NCBI GenBank assembly: GCA_965242525.1
Contig: OZ251459.1
Coordinates: forward strand, 2,496,001 to 2,560,000
Direction of reading: 5' to 3'
DNA length: 64,000 nt
Source: an uncultured Candidatus Binatia bacterium
GTDB lineage: Bacteria > Desulfobacterota > Binatia > UBA9968 > JAJDTQ01
Shown: positions 11,647 through 20,611 of the stretch, piece by piece
How the letters are laid out: each line of letters begins with the position of its first letter
Numbering within the stretch: the first letter of the stretch is position 1
Program-made: the position numbers and the translations under genes
Notes under the pieces: model-generated
Told to the model about the DNA's origin: nothing
Databases searched by the model: none
The model's input: the letters and a program-made list of their open reading frames with translations, nothing else

Positions 11647-13089
11647 CTACTGCAATGCCTCGATTAGCAACTCATTAGTGTCGAGATTCGGCTTTATGCT
11701 GCTTATCCTTTTTTTGACCTTAGACCCTATCGACAAGAACGCTTCCAAGTCAGCTTTGAGTTCAGCATCCGACATGGGTTCAACCGGATCCGTTCCGTCG
11801 TCCAAGGGCATGGGGGGCATTTTCAGTATTCCCTCCTTCCAAAGGAGATACATTAATCTATCTAATTTCTTTTTCTCTTCAGGAGTTACATCACGAACAA
11901 CAAGAGGGGTGCGGCTGCGTCTCCAGCGGCGCGGAAGCACGTGATCAACATTGGTCTCGATGGCCCACTCGTCCGCCCGCTTTTTCATCTGCTCTGGCTT
12001 GAGCCTCAGGATTTCGGCGGCGTGTTCGAGCGAGATGAGGTTTTTTTCGAACGCCTGCCGCACGAGATCCGATAGCCGACCCTCGACGAAGTGGTGCTCC
12101 GAGAGGCCGTCGGGTTCTCCCGAACGGCTCCAGTTCCACGCGAATTCGCTCTTCCTGATGGCTTCGGGTTCTTCGATCCTGCGAAGTGTCTTGCCGCGGT
12201 CGCTACGGTGCTGCCATTGGAATGTACGCCAGACCTCGGGCGTCTCACGCCCCGATTCTACCAACCGATGGAGCACGGTCTTGTAGCTAACATGGAAGAT
12301 CAGTTTGACCTTGAGGACGCGCTCCAGCAAGGAGAGTCCACCGGTCGCGTTCCACTCGTCCATGAATGCGGACTCCGGCATCAAGAACTCGCTTGCAAAG
12401 GCGTCGGCTTCCTGCTCCGGCTCCACTTCCATCTTGGTGGCGTCCCTTCGGTACTCGGAGGGGTGTAACAGCAGGTGGCCGAGTTCGTGTGCAGCAGTGA
12501 AGATCCAGCGTTCTACCGAGATCCGCTCCCAAGTATTGACCACCACCCCGGGGCCACCGTCGCCTTTCCCGACGCTTAGCCCGAAAAAGGAGTCTCGCCT
12601 GGTCTCCAGGAGCAGGAGCTTCACGCCGTTCTCTTCAAGCAACCTGCCGATGTTCCTTACCGGCTCCGCTGGCGTGAGGCCGGCCGCCCGGCGAGCGGCT
12701 TGCGCAACTTCCGAGGGGCTTCCGCCACTCGTCGAAGCATCTTCCAACCGGAAGGGAGTGTGGTCATCCAGTTTGGCTTCAAGCTCGGCGTAGGCTCCCA
12801 GCCACTTCGAGACTCTTGCCAGAATCCGTTCTCGGGCATTGACCTGGGTCTTGGCGCGGAACCGCACACCCTCCAGGGGTCGAACCGGTGTAACCAAGTC
12901 ACGAACCGGCACCGCCAACGCCTCTGCCAGATCATTGAGGGTTCGCGTCCGCGGGACGACCGCGCCCCGCTCGATCTTGCCGAGCGCCATCCGTGAGATA
13001 CAGGCCTTTACAGCAAGCTGATCCTGGGTCAGTTGCCGGTCCAGCCGGAGGCGGGCGACATTTGCAGCAATGCATCTCTCCGTTGTCAT
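11647..13089 (-). CDS. XRE-family HTH regulator fused to ImmA/IrrE (M78) metallopeptidase
   Basis: HTH (LTQDQLA...LGKIERG), HELGH zinc motif, EQEADAFASEFLMP. Confidence 0.92.
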   Translation of the reverse strand: MTTERCIAANVARLRLDRQLTQDQLAVKACISRMALGKIERGAVVPRTRTLNDLAEALAVPVRDLVTPVRPLEGVRFRAKTQVNARERILARVSKWLGAYAELEAKLDDHTPFRLEDASTSGGSPSEVAQAARRAAGLTPAEPVRNIGRLLEENGVKLLLLETRRDSFFGLSVGKGDGGPGVVVNTWERISVERWIFTAAHELGHLLLHPSEYRRDATKMEVEPEQEADAFASEFLMPESAFMDEWNATGGLSLLERVLKVKLIFHVSYKTVLHRLVESGRETPEVWRTFQWQHRSDRGKTLRRIEEPEAIRKSEFAWNWSRSGEPDGLSEHHFVEGRLSDLVRQAFEKNLISLEHAAEILRLKPEQMKKRADEWAIETNVDHVLPRRWRRSRTPLVVRDVTPEEKKKLDRLMYLLWKEGILKMPPMPLDDGTDPVEPMSDAELKADLEAFLSIGSKVKKRISSIKPNLDTNELLIEALQ

Positions 13090-13100
13090 GCAATTCTCTC

Positions 13101-13138
13101 TTGACAAAGCTACCATTTCTTGATAAGATCAAGAAATG
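13101..13138 (+). promoter_or_regulatory. Sigma70 promoter overlapped by a palindromic operator
   Basis: TTGACA(13101)-17 nt-TAAGAT(13124); perfect inverted repeat CATTTCTTGAT-AAG-ATCAAGAAATG at 13114-13138. Confidence 0.75.
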
Positions 13139-13233
13139 TAAGGTTTGCTAAGCTATGTCGGAAGCCCTCCGCTACCGGTCTGGGGGATGTCACACGAGGA
13201 CAGTGTACGGCTCGAAAGAGAGGAGGTCAACGG

Positions 13234-15254
13234 ATGAAGGCATTGAGCGCCCACGAAAGGCATCTGACTCTTGGGTATCTGGCAAACATCTCCCGGCGCG
13301 TACATGGGCCATCGGCCCATGGCATACGAGAATGGGTCGTCGAGCACCGAGACCTATTCGGGTTGTCGAGCGTCCCTGACGACTGGCCGCGGATGAGGAA
13401 GATCTTGGAGCACGCCCATGCCTCGACGGCTGGTGCCAGGATGGATCGGACCGCCAGGAGATTGCACCGTCTGGGTGTGGAGATGGACCTTTCACAGACG
13501 GATATTGCCATCTTGGACTTCCTGCTCCGTTACGAAACACAGCCAGTCCTTGAAGCCTTGGCAGACACGGTGGGAGGGGGTTCCCAGGGCACTGGAGCGC
13601 AGGCGCGAACAGCGCGCTCATCCCGGCCATCCTTGGCCTGCCGGCGTCAACGGTCAACCGGTGTCTTTCGCCAGAAGCGCCGCTCGTGAAGCAGGGCTTG
13701 GTGACTGTCGATCCCAAGGATGGGGATGCCAGTGTTTTGGGCCGGCTGAACCGACTTGTGTTTCTTCCTGGCCCCGCTGACGGCGACGTGAGGAGTATCC
13801 TGTTCGAGCCCGCACCTCCTGCCGAGCTGCGCTATGAGGACTTCGACCACATCGCGGACGATCGCGACCACGCGGCTAGGCTCCTCAAGGGGGCACTCGA
13901 AGCAGGCGAGGCCGGTATCCACCTACTGCTGTATGGACCGCCGGGCACTGGCAAGACCTCGCTGGCAGCCGCCTTGGCCGCACGCTTGCGGGTCCCTCTT
14001 TATGCCCTCGGCGAGACGGATGAGCACGGGCGGGAGCCGAATCGGGACGAACGCCTTGCGGAACTCCGTCTTGCTGGTCATCTGCTCGGACCTGGAAGGG
14101 ACGCGCTTCTCCTTGCTGATGAGGGGTTCGACGACTTGGCTCTGAACGGCTATGGCAGCAGCATGCCCTTCTTCGATGATGGCCTGTCCAAGCGACGGAC
14201 TGTTGGAAGCAAGGTGTTCGTGAACCGACTGATCGAGCGGGCGCCACTGCCGGTGATATGGTGTTCCAACGATGTGAGGAGTGCATCCCCGGCCGTCCTG
14301 GACCGTATCACCTTCTCCATTCGGCTCCAGAAACCCCCGGTTGAGGTGATGGCCGGGATGTGGCGCAAGCTGGGCCAGGAGAATCAAATCAACCTGGATC
14401 CTAGCCATGCTGTGTCGCTGGCCGGGGACTTCGATGTGTCCCCACGCGCTGCCGCCAGCTCCGTTACGGCCGCCCGACTCGGTGGCGGAGGCCTATCGAC
14501 CATCTGCAGGAACCTTGCCAGCGTCCAGCGCTTGGCAGGAGTCAAGCCGTCGCGAAGCGTGCCTGCTGGATGGTATGACCCGGCTCTGCTCGCGGCCGAC
14601 GAAGACGTCGTCCAACTCGCGGACCGGCTCGTCGAAACGGGTGAGCGGCAGTTCTCGCTGTTGCTGAGCGGGCCGCCTGGATCCGGGAAGAGCGGGTACG
14701 CCCGTTACCTCGCGGGCAGGCTCGGCATGAAGGTGATGGAACGAAGAGCCTCCGACCTCCTTGGGATGTACGTGGGACAGACCGAGCAAGCCATGGCGCT
14801 TATGTTCGAGGCCGCCTGCGACACCAAGTCGTTCTTGATCATCGACGAGATCGAGGGTCTGCTCTCGGATAGAGGCCGTGCCCGGTATTCCTGGGAGTTG
14901 ACTAGCGTGGATGAGATGTTGAGCTGGCTCGAGGGGCATCCCCAGCCGTTTGCTGCCACGACAAACTTGAGTTCATGGCTGGATCCCGCGACGCAGCGTC
15001 GCTTCACCTGGTGGGTAACGCTCGACTACCTGACCCGGGAACAGGTCGCTATGGCGTTCCACGGTTTCTTCGGCATGGAGGCGCCAGCCACGGTCCGGGA
15101 GTTGACGAACCTCACTCCTGGTGACTTCCAGGTGGTCAGCCGACGCGCCAAGGTGATGGGGGTCTTGGAGAACGCAAGCAGACTTGGGGAGATGTTGTCC
15201 AAGGAGTCCCAAGCTAAAGCTGACGCACCGAGGAAGATGGGCTTTGGGAGCTGA
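13234..15254 (+). pseudogene. Double-domain AAA+ ATPase, frameshifted near 13576-13580 (ORFs 13234-13689 and 13686-15254)
   Basis: Two Walker A motifs (GPPGTGKT, GPPGSGKS), Walker B motifs (ADE, IDE), end RKMGF; the downstream frame is open from 13554 and one extra G in the G5 run fuses the two ORFs. Confidence 0.7.
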
Positions 15255-15379
15255 AGCGCGTTCGTACTGGATTCGCGGTGTTTCGCGAAAGAGGCCTTTC
15301 AAGGGCCTCTCTCGCGTGCCTGAGACCAACCGATACGGTTTCATTCTACGCTTACCGGCTAGGTGCTCGACGGGGGAAG

Positions 15380-16201
15380 ATGATGAAGAAGATACTACTC
15401 AAGGACATTTGGCCAATCGACGAGGTTCAAGACCACAAAGTCCACTTCGCACGCTGGAACGGTGAGGACCAGCCCTTAGACGAATGGGTACGTGATCCGA
15501 CAGCATGGGTCGGCTGGCAGAGGTACCGTCCCCATCCAGATAAGGACGACTTCAACAGGGATTACATCTTCTCGCTTATGAGCTTTTACCACGAGACAGA
15601 CGTCTGGCTGTTTGGAGGGGTCTTCCGCGTGAAAGAGCGCCACAAGGATAGGTACGAGGTGGAGTTGACAGAAAGGGGCGGACAGTTCATCGGGAGACTC
15701 AAGCTCCGCTTTCACTATGTTGCAAGGAACCCAAGGCCGAATTTCGAGGGTAGCTACGACGAGTTTGAGGTGTCAGAAGTCCTCGCCGAGCCGTATTTCG
15801 GTCGAACGTTTCCCGGCTACGAAAGGGTGCATATCGATTTCCGAGAACTGGAGTCACTGGCGAAAATCGACCGGCCGGACTGGAAGGCGGCCCTTGCCAA
15901 CGTAAACGGCGTCTATCTCATCACCGACGAGAGCACAGGCAAGCGTTACGTTGGCTCCGCTTCCGGCGAGCAGGGTTTGTGGGGTAGATGGAAGACCTAC
16001 ATCGAGACGGGCCACGGTGGCAACCAGGGGATCAAGGAGGCGACCGGCGATAACAGCCAGGAATATGCGCGGCGCCACTTCGTGTTCACCTTGCTGGAGT
16101 TCTTTGCTTTCAGGACACCGGAAGAGGTCGTTAGAGGTCGCGAGACCTTCTGGAAACAGGTTTTGCTAACCCGCGGCAAATACGGCCTAAACGAAAATTA
16201 G
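15380..16201 (+). CDS. GIY-YIG nuclease domain protein
   Basis: C-terminal GVYLITD...RYVGSA...GRW...E...N motif set. Confidence 0.85.
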   Translation: MMKKILLKDIWPIDEVQDHKVHFARWNGEDQPLDEWVRDPTAWVGWQRYRPHPDKDDFNRDYIFSLMSFYHETDVWLFGGVFRVKERHKDRYEVELTERGGQFIGRLKLRFHYVARNPRPNFEGSYDEFEVSEVLAEPYFGRTFPGYERVHIDFRELESLAKIDRPDWKAALANVNGVYLITDESTGKRYVGSASGEQGLWGRWKTYIETGHGGNQGIKEATGDNSQEYARRHFVFTLLEFFAFRTPEEVVRGRETFWKQVLLTRGKYGLNEN

Positions 16202-16217
16202 CTGGCTCTTCATGATG

Positions 16218-16412
16218 GGGATCTTCCGGCTTTTGTGTAGGCAAGGCAGGAGGGAAAGGGGAGCGAAAAGGATCATGCGGTGATGGATTCCCGCTTTCGC
16301 GGGAATGACGGGGGTGGGGCGCCTGCGGGAACGACCGGGCAGGCGTCTGCGGGAATGACGAGGATGGGGCGTCTGCGGAACGACGGGGCAGGCGCCTGCG
16401 GAGCGATGACCG
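16218..16412. repeat. MITE-like terminus plus REP family A and half-unit array
   Basis: GGGATCTTCCGGCTTTTGTG...GGGGAGCGA end, GGATTCCCGCTTTCGCGGGAATGACG, 4 degenerate GGCG(C/T)CTGCGG units. Confidence 0.8.
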
Positions 16413-16563
16413 CGTGAATCTCCCCGCTGGACTTCCCCTTCCTTTCGCGCTAGGATACGGCCCTCTTTCCGGGAACGGGGCTCCGGGAGCGGTCAGGCAG
16501 GGCCGACCGACTCGACGTGCGGAGCCGCGGAAGGACGCGCGCTGCCGCTTGGATCCGGGTGTG

Positions 16564-16666
16564 CCGGACCGGGACGGACGAGACAGCCTGGATACTGAAG
16601 TCTCAGTATCGTCCCAGGCGGTGGCGGGATGGCCTTCCGGTTCGGTCCGGGAGGCTATTTTTGTTT
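16564..16666 (+). ncRNA. Cis-regulatory leader of panBC (probable pan RNA motif) with intrinsic terminator
   Basis: Hairpins GAGAC/GTCTC and GATACTGA/TCAGTATC; terminator stem 16631-16656 plus T tract; CCGGACCG can pair with the terminator 3' arm. Confidence 0.6.
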
Positions 16667-16680
16667 GGAGGAGGTGGCCC

Positions 16681-17484
16681 ATGGAACGGAAGATGACGGT
16701 GCCGGAAGTCTTGGGCATGAAGGAGAGGGGGGAGAAGATCGTGAGCCTGACGGCCTACGACTACTGCCTCGCCCGTATCCTGGACGAGGCGGGGGTGGAC
16801 GTGCTGCTGGTGGGGGATTCGTTGGGGTCGGTGGTGCAGGGGCACGAGAACACCCTGCCGGTCACCCTCGACCACGTGGTCTATCACACCCGGGCGGTGG
16901 TTCGGGGGCGCCGGCGCGCGCTGGTGGTGTCGGACATGCCGTTCCTGACGTTCCAGTTGGGGGTGGACGAGGCCCGGCGCAACGCGGGCAGGCTGGTCCA
17001 GGAGGGCGGCGCGGAGGCGGTCAAGCTGGAAGGGGGCGTGACCCGGGCCGACACCATCGAGGCGCTGGTGGACATGGGCGTGCCGGTCATGGGCCACGTG
17101 GGGCTCACGCCCCAGTCGGTGCACCGGTTCGGAGGCTACCGGGTCCAGGGCCGGGGCGAGGCAGACGCCCGGGCCATCCTCGACGACGCCTTGGCGGTGG
17201 AGCAGTCCGGGGCGTTCGCGGTGGTGCTGGAGGGCATCCCGGCGCCACTGGCCGGGGAGATCACCCGGCGCCTGTCCATCCCCACCATCGGCATCGGCGC
17301 GGGCGTGCAGTGCGACGGACAGATCCTGGTGGCCCACGACATGCTGGGCCTGTTCGACGACTTCACCCCCAGGTTCGTCAAGCGCTACGCCGACCTGAAG
17401 GGGACCATCGGCGGCGCGGTCCACGCCTACAGGGAAGAGGTGCGGACGCAGGCCTTCCCGGGAGAGCAGCACACGTTCCATTGA
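16681..17484 (+). CDS. panB: 3-methyl-2-oxobutanoate hydroxymethyltransferase
   Basis: [33 protein letters not shown]; GGAGG RBS. Confidence 0.97.
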   Translation: MERKMTVPEVLGMKERGEKIVSLTAYDYCLARILDEAGVDVLLVGDSLGSVVQGHENTLPVTLDHVVYHTRAVVRGRRRALVVSDMPFLTFQLGVDEARRNAGRLVQEGGAEAVKLEGGVTRADTIEALVDMGVPVMGHVGLTPQSVHRFGGYRVQGRGEADARAILDDALAVEQSGAFAVVLEGIPAPLAGEITRRLSIPTIGIGAGVQCDGQILVAHDMLGLFDDFTPRFVKRYADLKGTIGGAVHAYREEVRTQAFPGEQHTFH

Positions 17485-17542
17485 CCGCGGAGCATCGACC
17501 GCGGGGACCTCCGTCCCGCGCTCCCGCGCCCCTGGTCATGTC

Positions 17543-18400
17543 ATGTTGCCCAGCATCCGCAAGATACCGGAGATGCAGGCATGGAGCGGCGACGCCCGGC
17601 GCCGGGGCCGCCGCATCGTCTTCGTGCCCACCATGGGCTACCTGCACGAGGGCCACCTGAGCCTCGTGCGCCAGGGCAGGAAGCACGGCGACTGCCTGGT
17701 GGCGTCCATCTTCACCAACCCCGCCCAGTTCGCCCCGTCCGAGGACTTCGAAAGCTATCCCCGGGACCTGGAGCGCGACGTGCAGCTACTGGCCGCGGAG
17801 CGGGTGGACATGCTGTTCCACCCCGCGGTGGAGGACATGTACCCCAGGGGGTACCACACCTACGTGGCGGTGGAGCAGGTCGAGGACCGGCTCTGCGGCG
17901 CCCACCGGCCGGGCCACTTCCGCGGCGTGGCCACGGTGGTGCTGAAGCTTCTTCACATCGTGCGCCCGCACGCGGCCGTGTTCGGGCTGAAGGACTACCA
18001 GCAGGTCCGGGTGGTCCGCCGGATGGTGGAGGACCTGAACCTCGACGTGGAGATCGTCGCCTGCCCCACGGTGCGGGAGCCCGACGGTCTGGCCATGAGC
18101 TCGCGCAACCGCTACCTCGGCCCCGCGGAGCGGCAGGCGGCCGCGTGCCTCGGGAACGCCCTGGGCAAGGCGGAAGAGCTGGTGCGCCGGGGCGAGACCG
18201 CGGCCCGGAAGATCCGCGAGGCCGTGGCCGCGGAGGTCTCCCGGGAGCCCCTGGCCCGGCTGGAGTACGCGGACCTCTGCGACCCGGAGGAGCTCAGCCC
18301 GGTGGAAGAGGTCCACGGCCCCACGCTGCTGGCGCTCTGCGCGTGGGTGGGCAAGGCCCGCCTCATCGACAACACGGTGCTGCACGGAAGGGAGCGGTAG
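17543..18400 (+). CDS. panC: Pantoate--beta-alanine ligase
   Basis: VPTMGYLHEGHLSL, RPGHFRGV, GLAMSSRN, RLIDN. Confidence 0.97.
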   Translation: MLPSIRKIPEMQAWSGDARRRGRRIVFVPTMGYLHEGHLSLVRQGRKHGDCLVASIFTNPAQFAPSEDFESYPRDLERDVQLLAAERVDMLFHPAVEDMYPRGYHTYVAVEQVEDRLCGAHRPGHFRGVATVVLKLLHIVRPHAAVFGLKDYQQVRVVRRMVEDLNLDVEIVACPTVREPDGLAMSSRNRYLGPAERQAAACLGNALGKAEELVRRGETAARKIREAVAAEVSREPLARLEYADLCDPEELSPVEEVHGPTLLALCAWVGKARLIDNTVLHGRER

Positions 18401-18450
18401 CGCCGCCTCCCGTGGACCGGGCCCGGCCCGGGGAATCGAACCGCCCGCTC

Positions 18451-18930
18451 ATGGCCTCCAAAAACGCCAGGGAAACCGCACAGAAGAACGTCACCGTCAA
18501 CCGGCGGGCGCGTCGGGAGTACTTCATCGACGAGTCCTTCGAGGCCGGCATGGTGCTGTTGGGCAGCGAGGTCAAGTCGCTGCGGGACGGACGCGCGAAC
18601 CTGGCCGACAGCTACGCGCGCATCGACAAGGGCCAGGTGGTGCTGGTCAATTCCCACATCAGCCCCTACCCCGCGGCCAACGTGTTCAACCACGAGCCCA
18701 CCCGCGCCCGGAAGCTGCTGCTGCACAAGCGCGAGATCTCGCGCCTCACGGGCAAGGTGAAGGAGCGGGGCTTGACCTTGGTGCCGTTACGGTTATACTT
18801 CAAGGAAGGAAGGGCCAAGGTGGAGTTGGGCTTGGCGCGGGGCAAGAAGCTCTACGACAAGCGCGCCGCGGTAAAGGAGAAGATGGTCCGGCGGGAGATG
18901 GAGCGCTCCATGAAGAGCCGCCGCAGTTGA
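18451..18930 (+). CDS. smpB: SsrA-binding protein
   Basis: EAGMVLLGSEVKSLR, RKLLLHKREI, GKKLYDKR; lies in the C-terminal part of track ORF 17581-18930. Confidence 0.97.
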   Translation: MASKNARETAQKNVTVNRRARREYFIDESFEAGMVLLGSEVKSLRDGRANLADSYARIDKGQVVLVNSHISPYPAANVFNHEPTRARKLLLHKREISRLTGKVKERGLTLVPLRLYFKEGRAKVELGLARGKKLYDKRAAVKEKMVRREMERSMKSRRS

Positions 18931-18957
18931 CCGCCCGGACTCGACGATGTTTCCGAC

Positions 18958-19304
18958 GGGGGCGATATGGGTTCGACGGAGGTGGGAAGTCAAAGTGGCA
19001 TGCCGAGGTCCTGCCGCCTCGTTAAACAGGCGGGGCTGCAAGTAACTGCAGACGAACAAGATTACGCCCTGGCTGCATAAGCCAGCGTCTTGCCGACCTT
19101 CTCCCGCGGGGTCGGACAAGGCGTCGTTCAGCGGGATGGACCGATTTTCCTGCCGGAGGGGATGAGGTCGAGATTCGAACCGGCTGGTTGCTCAGGACCC
19201 CGTCGCCGGGGGCCTGTGGAACGAGACTCGAACGGCGACTAAGCATGTAGTCACTTCTGGCGGAAAGCCTTCGGACGGGGGTTCGATTCCCCCCGCCTCC
19301 ACCA
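18958..19304 (+). ncRNA. ssrA: tmRNA
   Basis: 5' GGGGGCGA...TTCGAC, 3' GGTTCGATTCCCCCCGCCTCCACCA; tag frame 19048-19080 reads ADEQDYALAA*; follows smpB. Confidence 0.96.
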
Positions 19305-19388
19305 AAACTCTCGTCAACCCCTGCCTGCCTCGACCGGGCAGGAGTTCGGCGGCGCGCCGCCTCCATCCCCTCCGGGTTCCCGCGCCGC

Positions 19389-20159
19389 TCATATCAGCGA
19401 CCTGGACTGGCAGCCGTCCACGTTGATGCAGGCCCCGGATATCCAGCTCGCCCGTTCCGAGGCCAGGAACACCACCACGTCCGCCACCTCCTGCGGCGTG
19501 CCGAAGCGGCCCGCGGGGATCTCGCGCTCCACGAACGCGGCGATGGCCTCGGGGGCCTCCTTCCGCCGCCGGTCCCACGACCCCCCGGGAAAGAGGATGG
19601 AGCCGGGCGCCACGCTGTTGACCCGTACGCCGTGAGGCGCGAGCTCCCGCGCCATCTCCTTGGACAGGCTGATGAGGGCCGCCTTGGCCGCGTTGTAGGT
19701 CATGGGTCCGCCCCACTCGCGGCCGTAGATGGACGCGACGTTGATGACGCAGCCCCGCTTCCGTTCCCGCATGGACGGCGCCGCCAACCGGCACAGGTCC
19801 AGGGCGGAGAAGAAGTTCAGGTCGAACCCCCCGCGCCAGTCGCCGCGGGACGCGGCGAGGTCCCCGCCCGGCCGGGAGCCGCCCACGTTGTTCACCAGGA
19901 CGTCCACCTCCCCGAACCGGGACCGGGTCTCCTCGAACCAGCGCCGCGCCTGGTCCTCGCGGGTCACGTCCACCGCGGACGCCGCGGCCTCCGCTCCCCG
20001 TCCGCGCAACTCCCGCACCGCCTCGTCGAGGCCGTCGCTCCCCCGGGCGCACAGGCTCACCCGGCAGCCCTCCGCGGCCAGCCCCGCGGCGACCGCCCTG
20101 CCGATGCCCCTGCTCCCGCCGCTGACCATCGCCACCTTTCCGTCGAGGCCGAGGTTCAT
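19389..20159 (-). CDS. SDR family oxidoreductase
   Basis: SGGSRGIG, NNVG, YNAAK catalytic motif, RVNSVAPG. Confidence 0.95.
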   Translation of the reverse strand: MNLGLDGKVAMVSGGSRGIGRAVAAGLAAEGCRVSLCARGSDGLDEAVRELRGRGAEAAASAVDVTREDQARRWFEETRSRFGEVDVLVNNVGGSRPGGDLAASRGDWRGGFDLNFFSALDLCRLAAPSMRERKRGCVINVASIYGREWGGPMTYNAAKAALISLSKEMARELAPHGVRVNSVAPGSILFPGGSWDRRRKEAPEAIAAFVEREIPAGRFGTPQEVADVVVFLASERASWISGACINVDGCQSRSLI

Positions 20160-20182
20160 GGTTCCTCCGTACGAGTCCGTTC

Positions 20183-20581
20183 GACGCTTCCGGCTTTCGT
20201 CCAGTCAAGTGCGGGCAAGGCAGGAGTGAAAGGGGAGCGGCAGGGGTCAGGCCGTCATTCCCGCGGACGCCCACACATCGTCATTCCGGCGGATACCCAC
20301 ACCCCGTCATTCCTGCGGACGCCCACACATCGTCATTCCCGCGAAGGCCCACACATCGTCATTCCCGCGAAAGCGGGAATCCAGAGGAATCGGGCATGGA
20401 AGAGTGAGCCGATTGAGAAGAGTAATCCGACCTGGGGAGGTTTGTACAACGAGAGCGATGAAAGTGGATTTCCGGAAAGTGGATTCCCGCTTTCGCGGGA
20501 ATGACGGGGTGCGGGCGTCTGCGGGAATGACGGGGGTAGGCATCTGCGGGAATGATAGGGCGGGCGTCCGCGGGGATGACG
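20183..20581. repeat. Large palindromic composite element: MITE-like end, 4 half-REPs, REP, GIY-YIG relic, inverted REP, 3 half-REPs
   Basis: REPs at 20357-20382 and 20481-20506 are inverted; tandem CGTCATTCC units on both arms. Confidence 0.9.
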
Positions 20582-20611
20582 AGCGTCAGCGTCCCATCAT
20601 CCCGCGGAGCG

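Noticed and set aside
15380-16201. This GIY-YIG gene as the source of the REP-linked relic
   Set aside because: It lacks the NRAWK...NPxW C-terminus and has a different, larger architecture; its adjacency to a REP cluster may be coincidental
19304-19390. Element integrated at the tmRNA 3' end
   Set aside because: No integrase nearby and no duplicate of the ssrA 3' end seen in the window
20253-20382. Regularly spaced CGTCATTCC units as a CRISPR or integron attC array
   Set aside because: Period is only about 26 bp, linkers are near-identical, and no cas or integrase gene is present
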